A DNA stretch of 63,980 nt, filler included, from Hausera hauseri (GCA_046269625.1; 13 parts of 13 records of this genome joined end to end with filler, not necessarily neighbours in it); one strand, 5' to 3'. Shown: positions 36,431 to 50,169, counted from the whole stretch's first letter. Notes: generated by a model from the sequence alone, not told the origin. A program made the numbers and translations.

Positions 36431-37277
36431 TTAATTACGAAAGTAGTATAGAAATGCGGGTTTTGGATTACCCCCCCCCCATGCAGGGAACGCAAAGCGT
36501 GCTTGATGTGCACACAGGTACTGGGTTTGTCAATTCGGCAAAGGATATTTCAGAAATCACACTGGCAAAGGTGCACGGTGCACCCCGGAAGCAGAGGAAG
36601 TGCACGAAGAAATGCGGATGTTAGAAGAAAGTGGTGCACGGTCATGTGTTGCACATAGAAACGGTGGGACAGCAATGGCTCATCGAATGAAGAAGGAAAC
36701 AAGGCGATCAGATGCAACCCAGAAACACGAGACGATGGAGAAAAAGTGATCCAGAACCCGCATATGGTTTAGGAGGAAGTGGGAAATGTTATTGACCAAC
36801 GGTTGATGGTCCCATAACAGTCGGCCTGTGGATAGTCGAACGGAACGGAAACGGGCGAAGCATGATGCACCGATGGCAATACAGACTCTGATGTGTGTGC
36901 ACTGATGATAGAATCCCGTGTCGAGTAGTACAGGAAACGAAAGCCCATGACGAGCGATATTCGATAATGGTGTCCAAATGGAAATAACGCATTCCCGAAC
37001 GGAAGTGCGATGAGAAAAGTCGAAAATCGGCACAGGGTATACCCTTTGGAAACGGGAAAAAAATTTCATCGAAATTCAACATAACCGGGTTTAATCGATC
37101 GTTCGTCAGTTACTGATTATGGATGTGTGTCGGAAAGTTTTTGCGCAACTTCATCAATGTACAGAAGAGGCAAACGAAATTTCAATGTAAATGTGAACTT
37201 TGAGCGTATGAACTTTTATGTGGTTTTAGACAAATACTTTTGAAAAATATCGATTTTTTAGGTTTTATGGATGTCTT

Positions 37278-37669
37278 TGTTAAATGTTAAAGCAAATGTT
37301 AAAACACACCACGAGATAATCAGGATAATGTCTATCAACAGAAAAGTCAAAAGTCTTTTTGAAGCACCAAGAATTACTGTGCAATCCTAAGTCGCTAAAT
37401 TGTTTTGGTGCTGTCTTCTCCAACGTTTGTTTATATAGTAATAGGTTCAGCTCAAATACAATATAACCAGATGTTAATCAATTTTATTCTCATTTCTTCA
37501 CATTAATACAATATTCTACAATTCTTTATTATTTACAACGATCTAATACTCGCAATTATTACCAGCTGTTACACAATAATGTCTAATACTAACAATTACT
37601 AGCTAATAGTCTATTCTTAGTCAGCTGCTGAAATCAATATTCGATCAGTATTTCTACATTTCTCCTCCT
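37278..37669 (-). mobile_element. Polypurine tract plus putative 3' LTR
   Basis: The minus strand reads AGGAGGAGAAA (37669-37659) directly followed by TGTAG (37658), with internal TATATAAA and candidate ...TTTAACA ends near 37278-37297. Confidence 0.55.
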
Positions 37670-37869
37670 GAGCGGCATCCTCGGAACAGCCTATTGCGTC
37701 AGAAGAGGTGGCGCCCAACGTTTTAGGTTGTCTTAGCTGGTTCATTCTTTCGGATAAATCCTATGGAGAGTTTTGATGATTTCGACTAGTTTCGGGGTTC
37801 GTTTCCAGGCTATAACTATGATAGGGTTGTATTCAAACAATGCGTGTATAGCTTCCGTCAGAATAATAT

Positions 37870-38617
37870 TTTAATTCTGTGGCCTTAGGCCGACATACTG
37901 GACATGTTGTTTTCCCGTTGTCGAGTGTCTATTTCTCTAGGCAGTCTCGACAATATTTATGACGGCAGTTATTGTTATCTAATACCACATATTCTTGCCT
38001 CAAATTTGCATCACATACGAGGCATTCACTATCTTCTTTGTCCCAATCTTCTCTATCTAAATAGACTTGAATGATCAGTTCGATGGGTTCAAATACAAGG
38101 CCGTCACCATCTTGGTATAAGTACCCATGAAGTACCTTCTGTTTAGGGTTTATTGAACTTTTATGCGGGTCACAATCTACCTGAATCAGGGTCCAGTGCG
38201 CTATAAGGTCTTTATCTAAATCAGGAATCCTCCCTTCTATTTTATATTTCTGATATTGTTTCTTCAGAAATATTCGGATTTGCTTGTCCACGAGAACTAT
38301 TATCTTCCCTGTCCTTTTTGATCAAAAAATTGATGTAAGGTAGGTTCCAAGTTTAGTATTCTCCAATACACAAGTGTTTTCAAAAACCTCTCTGGCCGGG
38401 GCAAGTTTAATGAAGAACATAGCTTCCTTTATTATCTTTTTGCTGTAGTATTCGGTAGTTACCAACATTCTGGGAAAATCTTGGGTTGTTTTAAAATATG
38501 CGTCCTCTTTATTTCTTTTTTCTATTAAAGCGTTAAATTCCGTTGTAATGGGACTCCTAATTCCCTTCTTTAACCTTTCTATGTTCTGCGAAGTACTTGG
38601 TTGATTTTGTTGGTTCT
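37870..38617 (-). pseudogene. ORF ending in a C3HC4 RING finger (probable retroelement cargo)
   Basis: CLVC-x14-CRHKYCRDCLEK*TLDNGKTTCPVCR at 38024-37890. The TAG sits at the conserved RING Trp position (TGG to TAG). Confidence 0.8.
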
Positions 38618-38717
38618 NNNNNNNNNNNNNNNNNNNNNNNNNNNNNNNNNNNNNNNNNNNNTTAATTAATTAANNNNNNNNNNNNNNNNNNNNNNNNNNN
38701 NNNNNNNNNNNNNNNNN

Positions 38718-39140
38718 GCAAAAAAATGGATAAAAAAAAAACGTGAACAAAGTCACGACCATCGTAGAGTGATTTACGATTCTTTGTTGACTCAAACTAA
38801 CAATGGAAAATGGTGCCATTAAAGAAACAGCTGAAAAGTTCAAGGTTTGTACAAAGGCTGCAAGCAAATTGTGGAAACAAAGTCAAGAAAGTTCACCATC
38901 AAACGTTGCTTCCAAAAACGAGGAAGAGTTGGTCGTAAAAAGAAGGACTATAATTTGGCAGGTCTCATCCGACAAGTACAATTGAAAAAACGGAAAATTA
39001 TTTGATCATTAGCAGGTGCAGCAAAAATGTCAACAGCAACATTATATCGGCGTTTAAGGGCTGGTGATCTTCGTGTTTGTACTTCTGCTTTACAGCCGTT
39101 ATTAACAGATTGTAATAAAAAACGAAATGTGTTTCTTACA
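38718..39140 (+). mobile_element. DD39D-type mariner transposase, N-terminal HTH part
   Basis: AEKFKV..ASKLWK, KRGRVGRKK, SLAGAAKMSTATLYRRLRAGDLRVCTSALQPLLTDCNKKR (cf. LKPxLTxxNKxxR). Confidence 0.7.
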
Positions 39141-39204
39141 TCACTTACAATTTTTTGAAGACGGGACCATTGCGGAACCATTGCGTTCGTCGGAATTGTT
39201 CTGG

Positions 39205-39542
39205 ATGAATTCATCAATTAAATCTACAGCGTTTGAGAGGTTTTCCTCCGGTTCCCAACTGTCTTCCTACTCCTTATAACCTTGCCATCTAACTTTGTAG
39301 AAGGATTTGCCATAGTTCGATTTGTGGCCGATAATTTACTCGACAATAAAGAAATCATCGTTCAAATTGTCTTCTTTCGATAATTGACCATTTCGTTTCG
39401 TTGATTTTTTACTTCCACAAGTACTGCTCCGATTACTGTCGACATCACAATGGAATAAACTTGCTGGACGCTTCTTAATTTTGGTTGTTTCAGCATCGTC
39501 AGATATTTGCTTTTTGCAATTCCACTGAACCCGACTTAACAT
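39205..39542 (-). pseudogene. Chromodomain pseudogene
   Basis: FIVE*IIGHKSNYGKSFYKVRWQGYKE*EDSWEPEENLSNAVDLIDEF is a canonical chromodomain with two in-frame stops. Confidence 0.85.
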
Positions 39543-39689
39543 CCCTCTCAGTTCTAACTAAGTATAGACAGAAATGCGATAATGTCTTTTTAGAATTTTT
39601 CGCACTGTACGAGATTTTGAATGTTTGAATTTTTAAAATTATTGATTATTCATATTTTTTCCTGTCAAATTCTGTATTACAGCAAAGGA

Positions 39690-40085
39690 TCAAATTTTAG
39701 GTATCTCAATAGTCATTTCTGGTGGCAATGACCAAATGTTGCAATGGTAAATCCTTCTGCTAGTCATTTTGCAACTTTTCAGTGCCTTGGTAGCATGGCA
39801 GAATTCTGTTTTACTAATTTTAAACACCCCACTTCTTAGATCTAGAATATTCCGTTTTACACATTCCTTTAAACTTGCCCACTCCAAAGTGTCTGGATCG
39901 AGCACAGTATCAACTTTATAAGCACATCTAATATCATTTTCATTTTGTAAAGGTTCAGTTTTATTCAGTTGGATTGTATCGGATGTTGGTGCAAGTACAA
40001 TCAGGTTTTCAGTCAATGCTTCACTGAAGAAATGTTTAATATTTGTTTCGGTATCCAAATATTCAATCGCATCAACGATTTTCAT
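39690..40085 (-). CDS. ORF with a possible plectin/plakin repeat fragment
   Basis: VLDPDTLEWASLKECVKRNILDLRSG resembles the plectin repeat V.DP.TG..ISL.EA..RG.ID. Confidence 0.3.
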   Translation of the reverse strand: MKIVDAIEYLDTETNIKHFFSEALTENLIVLAPTSDTIQLNKTEPLQNENDIRCAYKVDTVLDPDTLEWASLKECVKRNILDLRSGVFKISKTEFCHATKALKSCKMTSRRIYHCNIWSLPPEMTIEIPKI

Positions 40086-42369
40086 TTGGAATGTTTAGAA
40101 TTAAATAACGACTGTATGCGATCTGTGCAGTGACTCAGATACATTCTATTACGATCTTGCATATGGAAATGATTTGATTTTGATTTTGTGTCAGATCTGT
40201 TTATTGTAAATGTATTCGATCGTTGTACTGTAGGAACTTTAAAACTGTTGTAGTATGCCAAAAGTACAGACTATATTAGTCACCACGGCAGATTGTAACA
40301 TTGACACACACACAATTGATTGAATTCAAAACATAACAAAAGCACAATTGAACTCGGATATGGAAGTAAATTTCTAGATGAGAAATTTCCAAGTAAATAT
40401 TAAGACAAATTGTCATTTGTGTTATTTTATCAGTATTTGAGTCGTATTTATTGCTTGAATAAATTATTGCAGTTTATTATACTTCTTATTAGTAAAATTG
40501 GTAAGTACAATCTGCAGAAGGATTGTAACTAAATAATACATTTTATACCTTCAGCACATCTTACATACAACTAATTATTAATACATATTCGCCCCCAGAA
40601 TTTGAATTTAAGATTTTTCTGAATTCAGAAATCTCAAAGAAACAATAAAACCATTTCTCGATATGTCAGATAAATATTGATTGGTTACATGGAAGTTCTG
40701 ATTCAGATTCTCTACTGAAGGTTTTACTAATATCCAAAACCGAACGTAAACTAAAACTCTGCGGTTCACTTTTTTGAAGTGAGGAATTAATCGATTTTGA
40801 AACAAAGTCTTTTGTACAATCAAAATATGCTTTGTCTCAGGCCTTAAACGCCAACAACATGGAAGTAATAATCGAGTAAAATAGTGACTGATATCGACTG
40901 ATGATTTCGGCTTTTCCAACTCAAAACGCTGAACTTCCTTTTCTGCTGGAACAGGTATTTCTATACGAGTAGTTCGAGATGCTTTTTTCGAATTTTGGTT
41001 TCCGGGTTTGGCTAGAAATTCTGATGGTTTGCATTGGGCGTAAATTAATTGTTCAGAAATCTTTGGAATGTTGAATTTGATTTATTGTTTGTGAATTTAC
41101 TACAAGCGATGACACAAATACTTTACCCAAGTCAACTGATTATCTGCAGAGAGAATTCATAGTAAGTCATCAGACGGATTAGTATTTGTTGAAATACAGT
41201 TTCCACAATTCAGCGTTCATTGTTACGACTTTTAGTAGTAAACATTTTTTCTCCTTTGCTTAACGAAGTCTTGTTTCCTTTAGAATTTTTAAGTATTATG
41301 GCCGGCCTTTTAAATTCCACTCTAGAAACTCTCAAACCAAGTGGCGTTATTTTGCGGCTGTTTTCATATCAAAATTTCGATTTTCTGCCACCATTTTAAG
41401 TATCTTGTAATATGCTCTGTTTCAATTATCCATGCTATCCAGCTGTGATAATTAAATCATTCCATCTTCCGTTTAATCGCGCTGATTATTATCGGAATTA
41501 CTGACACATTGACCTCTACTGACTCATTACACCTCATCGCGGTTAGTATGACATTGCACGCAAATTCCATTTGACCAAGAGGCCGTGGGTAGTTTGTTGT
41601 GTACGCACGGTGCACAATAGGTAGAATTTTTGCTCAGAAGCGACATTTGTTTCTTTTATTTCGTGAAAATAATGTACGATATTCACGAAAACGCCTACTG
41701 ATTCCTGATGTTTTGATTCAGTTCGTTTTTCAATAGTGAGTTCAGCATGTTCTGGTACTTTGCCTTTGTTTTTGTAATTGTACCAGTAACAGCTCGGTTT
41801 GTCGTAACGAAATGTATTCGGATATGGCCTTGTGAATTGCGTAATTGGTAAATATTGAACAGTAATTAGTAAATTGTTCGGTAAGCATATTGGACCAATT
41901 TTGGATTACAGAAGAATCGGAACACCATAAAAGAGGAGATTTATCCCATGATGATGTAGACATGCGTAGAAATATTTGTACACCAACCTCCATTGAATGT
42001 AATATTACAGCGAGAATAATAGTGTGTTAATAGATATTGTCTCTGTCGCCCGGTTCTCCGAACTCCTACATGAATCATGGCACTCTTACCTATAACCACA
42101 ACGCTTTACTCTTTTATATTTCCGCACATATTTTACATTTTCAAACACGTATTCTTTTCAAACAAACTCAGTCGCACATAAATTTACATGATTAACCTAA
42201 AAAGTATATGTACAATATCTATATATAACTTCAACATTCACAAAACCCATTATATACATGTAAATGCACACACTTTCATATACACACTATATACATTCTT
42301 TTTCTTATTTATATTTCTCATATCCTCCGAATTACCCAACTGAACAGTCAAGTTCCAACAACAACCATT

Positions 42370-42739
42370 GAGTTTGAAGAAATGTTCTATATGATTCATA
42401 TTGATGAAAAATGTTTCTATTTAACAGAAGAACAAAGTCGATACTACTTGGAAATCGAAAAAACAGAGCCACGCCGACAAGTTAAATCCAAAAGATGTAT
42501 CAGAAAGGTTATGTTTTAGCAGCTGTTCCCATACAAGATTTGACCTACTAAAAATGAATGGTTTTGGCCATTTGTCGAAAAGGAAGCCGCAGAGAAAAGT
42601 AGTAAAAAGCGTGAAAAAAGGTACAATGGTTACAATACCAGTTGTAGTGGACAAAGCAGTATATTGTACAATGCTAATTGAAAAACTTATCCCAGCAATT
42701 AAAGCAAAGTGGCCTGGAAACCGAATTAATCTAAGCCAT
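42370..42739 (+). mobile_element. DD39D-type mariner transposase, catalytic N-part
   Basis: FEEMFYMIHIDEKCFYLT..KSKRCIRKVMFLAAV..KGTMVT.PV..MLIEKLIPAIKAKWP. Confidence 0.85.
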
Positions 42740-42839
42740 NNNNNNNNNNNNNNNNNNNNNNNNNNNNNNNNNNNNNNNNNNNNTTAATTAATTAANNNNN
42801 NNNNNNNNNNNNNNNNNNNNNNNNNNNNNNNNNNNNNNN

Positions 42840-43125
42840 ATTCATTTCCTTTGCCACTTGCACGGTTTTTCCTGTCTCATACATAGTTCTAACATTCCAT
42901 GTTCCTATATACATGAATTGCCCTGGTTGAGAGACTGGTTGTCAGTCTGTTGGCTTCCAGAATATTCTGGCTTTCACCACCAAGCATCGTACTGTTTCCA
43001 GGAGAAGCCTCATCCCTTCCAAGGGCGGTAGGTTCTTGAGTTCGTTTCGACATTTTCGTAGTAATAGTTTTTACGGTGTCGGGCGACTAACCCTGCGACC
43101 AACCCCCAACCTGGAGGACCAGATC
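42840..43125 (-). mobile_element. RTE-clade LINE 5' end (5' UTR and APE N-terminus)
   Basis: The minus strand encodes IGTWNVRTMYETGKTVQVAKEM. The plus-strand CCAACCCCCAACCTGGAGGACCA motif is typical of RTE 5' UTRs. Confidence 0.8.
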
Positions 43126-43199
43126 GCCACTTTTTTACACGATTTAAAATATATAAGGAAAGATGGAGTTACTGTCCGCATTCTTCATTTACCAACGGC

Positions 43200-43392
43200 A
43201 CGTAATTGGGTATGTGGTCAGTTTAACGGCAGGCTGTCTTTACTTTCCCAAAGAATTTCTACGGTACTCATTATCTGAGACTGAGTGGACCATTGGAGCC
43301 GTTTTGATATAAAATAAATACAATCTGTCACCATTGGGATTAAACTCACGATGATAAGAACAAAAGCGAACGCACTAACCACTATCCTATCG
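43200..43392 (-). mobile_element. tRNA-derived SINE remnant
   Basis: Minus-strand A-box-like TAGGATAGTGGTTAG and B-box-like GAGTTTAATCCC at tRNA spacing, followed by a SINE-like body. Confidence 0.5.
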
Positions 43393-44787
43393 TTGCTCGT
43401 TGAACTGTTGGAGTTATGAGCTGCTTTTTTCCATAAGGAAAAAAAAATGTAATTGTTGGTAGTGCGTTCCAGCTCCCATCAGTCGCTAGCTTTATTGTTA
43501 TTTTTTAGTGCATGCTAATGGCATCAGTTTTTATTAACAATTTTGAAAAACGTGGACTTCGTTAAGCGCCTCATACACCTTATCATCGTATAACCTTAGC
43601 AGCAACTCGACACGGAGGATAGAAGATGAAATGTGACAGTCTGCAGTTCAGAAGAGAATACAACGACATCATATCATTTCGCCACATGTACTGATTGTTA
43701 ATGTCAGAAGATCATGAAAAACGTAAGCGAAGGACAAATAAATTTTAACCCTTCATTACATCAGCGATATCAGATTCTACACACAGGAAAAGGGTGCGGG
43801 GGGGGGGGGTGCGGGGAGCTACCGTCTATCAAGCGGTCTATTCTTCGCGGATAAGGGCACATACGATGGTTAGCTATCAATATTCGTTAAGCAGTCGCTG
43901 ACAGTAAGTAGTCGCCATTTAAAAATCCTCATTGACAGAAAAATGAACACAAACATTGAGACTAGAGCGCTATAACCTTAACCGGGCTGCTGATATCTGT
44001 TAGCCAGGGGTAGCAGACAACAATCCTATTGCCTTCCAGGAAGACTGGGGACGGCCAAAGTAAAACCACACATACATTCTTGTTGAAGTTGGATGCACCT
44101 GGCCCCTGGCGCTAATTTCACAACTAATGTGCATCATAAATAAAGCTTAACGACAGTTACTCAAAACGCGTCAGGCTTTGCCTAGGGTGTTTCGACATGA
44201 AGTTATAATGGCGGACCGTAAGTCTCGAAAAGGTCCACACCACGCTACAGGTGATTTTACAACTTGTTAAACAAAAACGGAAAACAAATGAAAAATTACT
44301 GATCCCCAAAACAAGAGGGATGAAACTTGAGAAATCACAAACACATATTGAAATGAAATGTAGAAGGAGTGAAAAACAAAAAAAGGTGGCACTCACTAAA
44401 AGACTACATTAGGAATAGCCTACATACTTAAACCATAACAACTGGTTTAATATAAGAGGATACCAAACATTCGGCAGGGAAAGACACAAAGTAGGAATAC
44501 CGATTCTGGTGAAAAATACAACAAACAAAGGAGGAAAAAAAACGCAGAGAGACATGCTGAACCACAAGGAGTAGACACTGCTGCTAAAGCAGAATAAATC
44601 GGATTCTGCAATATATACTGTCTTCCAGACAAAGTCGTGCTTTTAAAACACACATGGAGACGACAAATACTTGGAGACTGCAAAGCCACTCAGAAAGATC
44701 GGGATACAAGGGACACAGACAACGGTGGAAAAGAGGTGCAACAAAGGGAAGTAGATAAGAATCTACAAAAACAAAATGGTTTGGCGC

Positions 44788-44899
44788 ATTAACTATCTTC
44801 TCAAGAAGGTGGCTGACAACCCAACACTAATCTTGTATTTTCAATTAACAATCTTCTCAAGCAGGTGGCTGACAACCCAACACTCATCTTGTATTTTCA
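44788..44899. repeat. 56-bp tandem duplication
   Basis: ATTAAC(T/A)ATCTTCTCAAG(A/C)AGGTGGCTGACAACCCAACACT(A/C)ATCTTGTATTTTCA starts at 44788 and 44844. Confidence 0.9.
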
Positions 44900-45499
44900 A
44901 CTATTGATATCGCACACTGATCAGAAAGACTTGGAGGAAGTAACCATTGGCAAGTGAAATTAACTATAAATGTTACTCAGAGATTACAAAACCAGAAATC
45001 ATCAATACGATGGAATTACAAATAAGCGGGCTGGGAAAAGCGCGATAGTCTATCAGATCTAAACTGCCAGACTACAAACACCCGTCACGAAAATGCCAGT
45101 AAAATGATAACTAAACACAAAACTAATAATAGCAACTTTCGAATCACTTCCACGAGATGCAAGGAAAACAGGAAACTTAACATTCAAAACAAAAGAAGCC
45201 CAACAGTCTGGTTACAACATAACTAAAGCAAGGGATGAGGCTGAAAAAAAAAACAAAATGTGAAAAACAATAAAAAGCTTATAGAAGCACATAACATATT
45301 CAAAGGTACAATCCAGGCAGCAACAAATAGCTGGGAAGACAATAAGTTGGATACAAAAGACAAAACTCAGTCAGAGTGCAACAATAAAAAATGTAAAAGG
45401 CCAACATCGATAAGCAGAAGACCAAGTAAATTACATAATTAGAAATAGAAATTGCTTACCAGAAAAAGATGTTGTTGATGTTGTTGATCTCCTCATCGA

Positions 45500-46300
45500 C
45501 GAGCGTCAGCTCTTGTGGTGGGCCCTGAGCAAGGGCCGTGGCCCTAAAAAGGACCACAGGAGTGGTTTTTTTGAGCATTCCTTCTGTCCAGTGGAGTCTA
45601 GTAGGGTGGACCAGGGTCCTCCAGGCTTGAGTGTTATGCTTGGTCTCCTAGAAGTGATCTACTTCTCAACGTAGGGATTGTGGGCGATCCTTGCATCGTC
45701 AGCCAGAGTTTCCTCTCTTTCCAGGACGGACCACGCGGAGGTGATGTATGGTCTTGGCCAGTATGTTGGTGCCTGGCCCTGACGAGATTGCGAAGCGATT
45801 TCACTTCTCACCATCCCAGCCAGTAAAAGAAAAGCTCATCATCTGCATCTTCAACCAACGGAATGACTTTGTGACTGCCATTAGCTCCATTGTCATACTA
45901 CTTGTAGCCACCACAAAAGCTCCACTGTCCTCCTTAACGATTCTTCCCGCCCGACGAAACGTGAAGGCCCATTCACTGTGATCGTGACGAACAACAGAAC
46001 CATCAGTGAGTCGACAACCAACGGATTGGTCGATTTCATTTTTTCTGTTAAGTTTGATGACGACTCGAAACGAGCTCATCAGGTCTGAAGGTACCGATAC
46101 GCACTCTTCGCCAGGTTCAAAACCTTCTTGGACACACACACGTTGAAGCACAATTTCTGCCCCACCCAGCCATGGCTTTTCCCATTTTAGTCTGACGCCT
46201 TTGGTTTTCTGTATTTCACAATGCACTGGGTGGTTTATATCGCTGCTAATGCGGAGGTATGCCCTTGCTCGACACAACTGTGTCCGGTAGTCTATGGAAT
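45500..46300 (-). mobile_element. RNase H / 3' region of a second LINE inserted in inverted orientation
   Basis: TDGSV..SEWAF..EDSGA..TSSMTMELMAVTKSFRWL RNase H motifs lie on the opposite strand, inside the host LINE RT region. Confidence 0.7.
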
Positions 46301-49300
46301 ATCAGAGAAAAACGATAAAAAAGAGGCTCGAACCTAAGCTGCGCCCTCTTCCTTATCTATATCAACGATCCGGCAAAGTATATTAATGTGCCCAATGTCT
46401 TGTTAGCAGACAACCTGGTTGTATGGGTAGAAGGAAAAATCACCGCCGCAAATCCAGAAAAAAAAAAACTAGATCAAGCACTATCTGCACTAACAGCGAT
46501 TTGCAGTCTCTGGAAACTGGTAATTAATTCAAGCAAAACAGTGTATACAGTTTTCACCCTCCGCAGTCAGATAGCCAGGAAAGATTTACAACTAAAATTA
46601 GATAGCAAAATGTTGGCGAAGAAAACAACCCTACTTGCCTAGGAGTTCGGCTTGACACTATATTTACAGAATAAGCATTCACGCACTTGTAGCAAAGGCC
46701 TCAAAAAGACTGGCAAGCACCAATTCGGGAGCCAATCACCACACACTACGACAGCTATACCTGGGATATGTGCACTCTGTCACTGCCAGTCAGACTCAAA
46801 GAAACAGGTTAGACCGAATGCAGAACTAAGCACTCAGATTAATTTGTGGAGGCATGCGATCTACTCCAACAAATGAGTGTGAGATTTCTGCCAATGATGA
46901 ACCCCTAGAACTGAGGAGAGAAAGGGCAGTTATGACAACAGCAGAAAAATTTCTGAGAAAAGATGAGTATGATCTATGCAAGAAGATTGTAACTAACTAC
47001 GTACCCAGGAGACGAATCAAGAAAACTTCATGTATACAAAGATATAAAGAGCTACCAGAAACAAGCATGACAACAATAATACTCACAAGTCTCCTGTGTC
47101 CAGCAGATAAGAGTCTCCTGCCTACATTGCTAAAATCACTTGCACTAGAAGTCATCGACCATTACAAAGATTCCATCCATATTTAGACAAATGGGTCAGC
47201 TTTTAAAGCAACAGTTGATGCAGGATATGGACATGTAATCATTCCATCAGACACAGAAGAATCCGTCAAAATATTAGGCCCTTATGGAACGTATTGTACA
47301 AGTTATGAAGCAGAAGTGGTCGCCATACATGAATCTCTGATAAAAATCTTTGAGCGATTTGAATCTAAAGGAATGAAATCAAAGGATATTGTAGTCTTCT
47401 CAGATTCACAGGCAGCCTTAACAGCAATAGAAAATTGGAGAATNNNNNNNNNNNNNNNNNNNNNNNNNNNNNNNNNNNNNNNNNNNNTTAATTAATTAAN
47501 NNNNNNNNNNNNNNNNNNNNNNNNNNNNNNNNNNNNNNNNNNNTATCTCAATATGTATTAACAGTGGATTAACAATTTGTGCTATGGTCAAATTGGGCAA
47601 TAAAAGTCAAAACAATAAATATATAGCTAGTGATATAATTGATGTCGTATACGACGCCAATAGTTTGCATGCAAGATGTCTTTTAATACGAGTTAAATTC
47701 AATGAAATGATATAGTTTGAATATACGACACTGGGAATGCATACAATTTTGTCTATAGTGGAAATCGAACATTTTCAAATTCTAAAATGAAATTGATTAA
47801 CTAAAACAACAATTACTTCAGAATTTTTCAAATTTGAAATTTGAAATTTCGCATGTATCAATGAATTACCGCAGATAGAATTTTGTCAGAATTTTTATCT
47901 TGCTTATTTTCTAACAACGTTTTATTAAACTTAGCATGAAACAGTTCGCGAATGTTCTTCGTAAGACTTAACTAAAAAGATTTCATTTATATTTTTTAAA
48001 TCAGTGTTCAGTAAAATGTTTGAAGAAAATAATTTTGAGAAGAAATTATTTGACGTCATATTGAATATTAAGAGGTCGATTTCTGAACTTTTAAAAGGAT
48101 CCACTTCGATATATTTAATTTATTTAAAAAATGTGTAGAGATAGACCAACCTCTGTCATTTATTGTGTTGTACTAAAATTTATAGAACCTGTAAAAACCG
48201 GTGAAAAGCTTGAGACAAAACGAGTTCATTCACATTTCCAAAAGAAATTCACAAATTATTTATGGTATTTAAATCTGTCCACATTTGGATGAAACATAAT
48301 AACAGATGAATTACATTTGAGCCTTCGAATATGACAGCATTTGCACGTATTCAATTCTCCCCTCCTGCATGCATAAGAATTCTATAAATATTCCACTAAT
48401 ATTCGATTTTGTAGAGTATCGTTCACATTCTGTAAAACTACAATAAATCTAACCACCAAATCATACCGAAAACATTATTAGCCGAATATTAGTGGAACAC
48501 AGAAAATCTCAAAGATTTGTGCTCATTAGGGGGGGGGAATAAACAAGTGCCAAATCCTATCACGTTTCATCTCTTCAATTACGTTTTTGACTTTGTTTGT
48601 ACAGCCATAATTTGCAGTAAAGTCATGAAGGCGAAAGTATTTGACTAAACAAGTACATAAAAAATCGCTGCCGAGTAATTCAAAACCAAATTAGTTCATA
48701 TATAAACTCATTTTCTACAATCAAATTGCGTGTTTGTCAGAAAACCTTGTGAAATTGTTGATAAATAACCAAAGCGTCATGATGAATAATAACCAACAGA
48801 CGTTCCCGATTTAAGCGGCATATATCATTGGCATCATCATATCCGTTTGATTTAAGTACAAAAACTATTACAACTTAACTAAGAAATAATTTTATCGAAA
48901 AATCAATTTTCTGTCAAATTTCGAATTATTAGCTCAACACTGATAATCAATTATTTGTAGGAAGAACACATTTTGTTAAATATTCCGAGTCAGAAAATAT
49001 TTTAACAACTGCAATCAAATTCAAAATTTATTGATGACTCTAAACCCATTTAATTTTGAATTTTCAAAATCTTGTGAATCACTGAGATTATTTGTTGAGT
49101 TTAGTAAGCGTTGCCATACCGAATAAAATAAAATCGTTAGTCCATGTTCAATTTAAACACAATTACAATAACAAAAAACTTACTTGATCTAAAATCGACA
49201 CTTTGCAGAGACATAAAAAAGAGGTTGGAATAGAAACTCTATGGAATTACGAAATCTTAGCAGAATATTGAATAAATTCAAATCAAATTTCCATTTTAAA

Positions 49301-50169
49301 TTGCCAAAAGCCAAAGCAGCGTGATTGGCCGGACGAAGAGCAGCAGTCTGGCTGGTCCAACCTCTCTTGACTAGCTGCTAATCCGGCATATTGACTGCTC
49401 TTCTAACTCAGAATAGCAGTGGGCATCATTCAAATAATCCCTCTCCGATTTGGGATTTTGCGCAGCTGCTCACGATTTTATTGGTTGTTTGCTACCAGAT
49501 TAGTTTGAATAAGGCAGCTTGATTTTGGAGAATCGGATTGTTGCTACAGATGTCAAAGAAGCTGAGAATGACAGTGCCATGTTTATAATGCTTGTGCGTA
49601 GTAAGAAAATATTAATAATAATAAATTAGTACTTGTGTTACAATTTGTTCGGTAACTAAAAATACAATCGAAGAAAAAATCGATTTTTTTTCTTTTATAT
49701 ATTATTTGTTGGTGTTATTTACAAGAAAATTTAGTTACAAGAAAATTGATTTTACAGTAAATCAGAGTTGCTATGACGAATTGTCAAAAATAAACATTCT
49801 TGTATAGTAAATAATATGAATATATTTGTCAAATAGTCCAAAATAAGGCAAAAGCAACTTTACCCACTTATTCAATCCCCCTGTAATAATGTATGATAAT
49901 TTTGAACCTTTAAAAAATTTTCTCCATTTAATTGAACCAGGCTTGTTTAATTCGGTTTGCACAAGTTAACAAAAATCTCTTATGCTATTATCTCTATTAT
50001 GTACAAGAAATTCTATAAAATGTCCATAATTTACGTAACTTGTATGTTTCTGAAAATCTGTTTAATCCATCTAAGTACGCAGAAGTGACCTCTCCACCGT
50101 ACTTATCTGATTGGTCCGCCGACCACTTTTCCCCACCTGATTGGCTATTCTGAACATTTCACTAAAATT

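Larger units (their letters stand above)
44400..47443 (+). mobile_element. I-group LINE with RNase H, decayed
   Basis: APE remnant ILGDCKA, RWNYK.AGW, RT GSNLSCALFLIYIND/LLADNLVVW/LGVRLD, GGMRSTP..EPL..RRE, RNase H TNGSA..YEAEVVAI..VFSDSQAAL. Confidence 0.85.

Noticed and set aside
36460-37200. Cys-rich transposase or integrase C-terminal remnant (KCTKKCGC)
   Set aside because: Too decayed to assign.
47544-50100. Host exons or a MITE in this AT-rich stretch
   Set aside because: No recognisable protein motif or paired terminal repeats.
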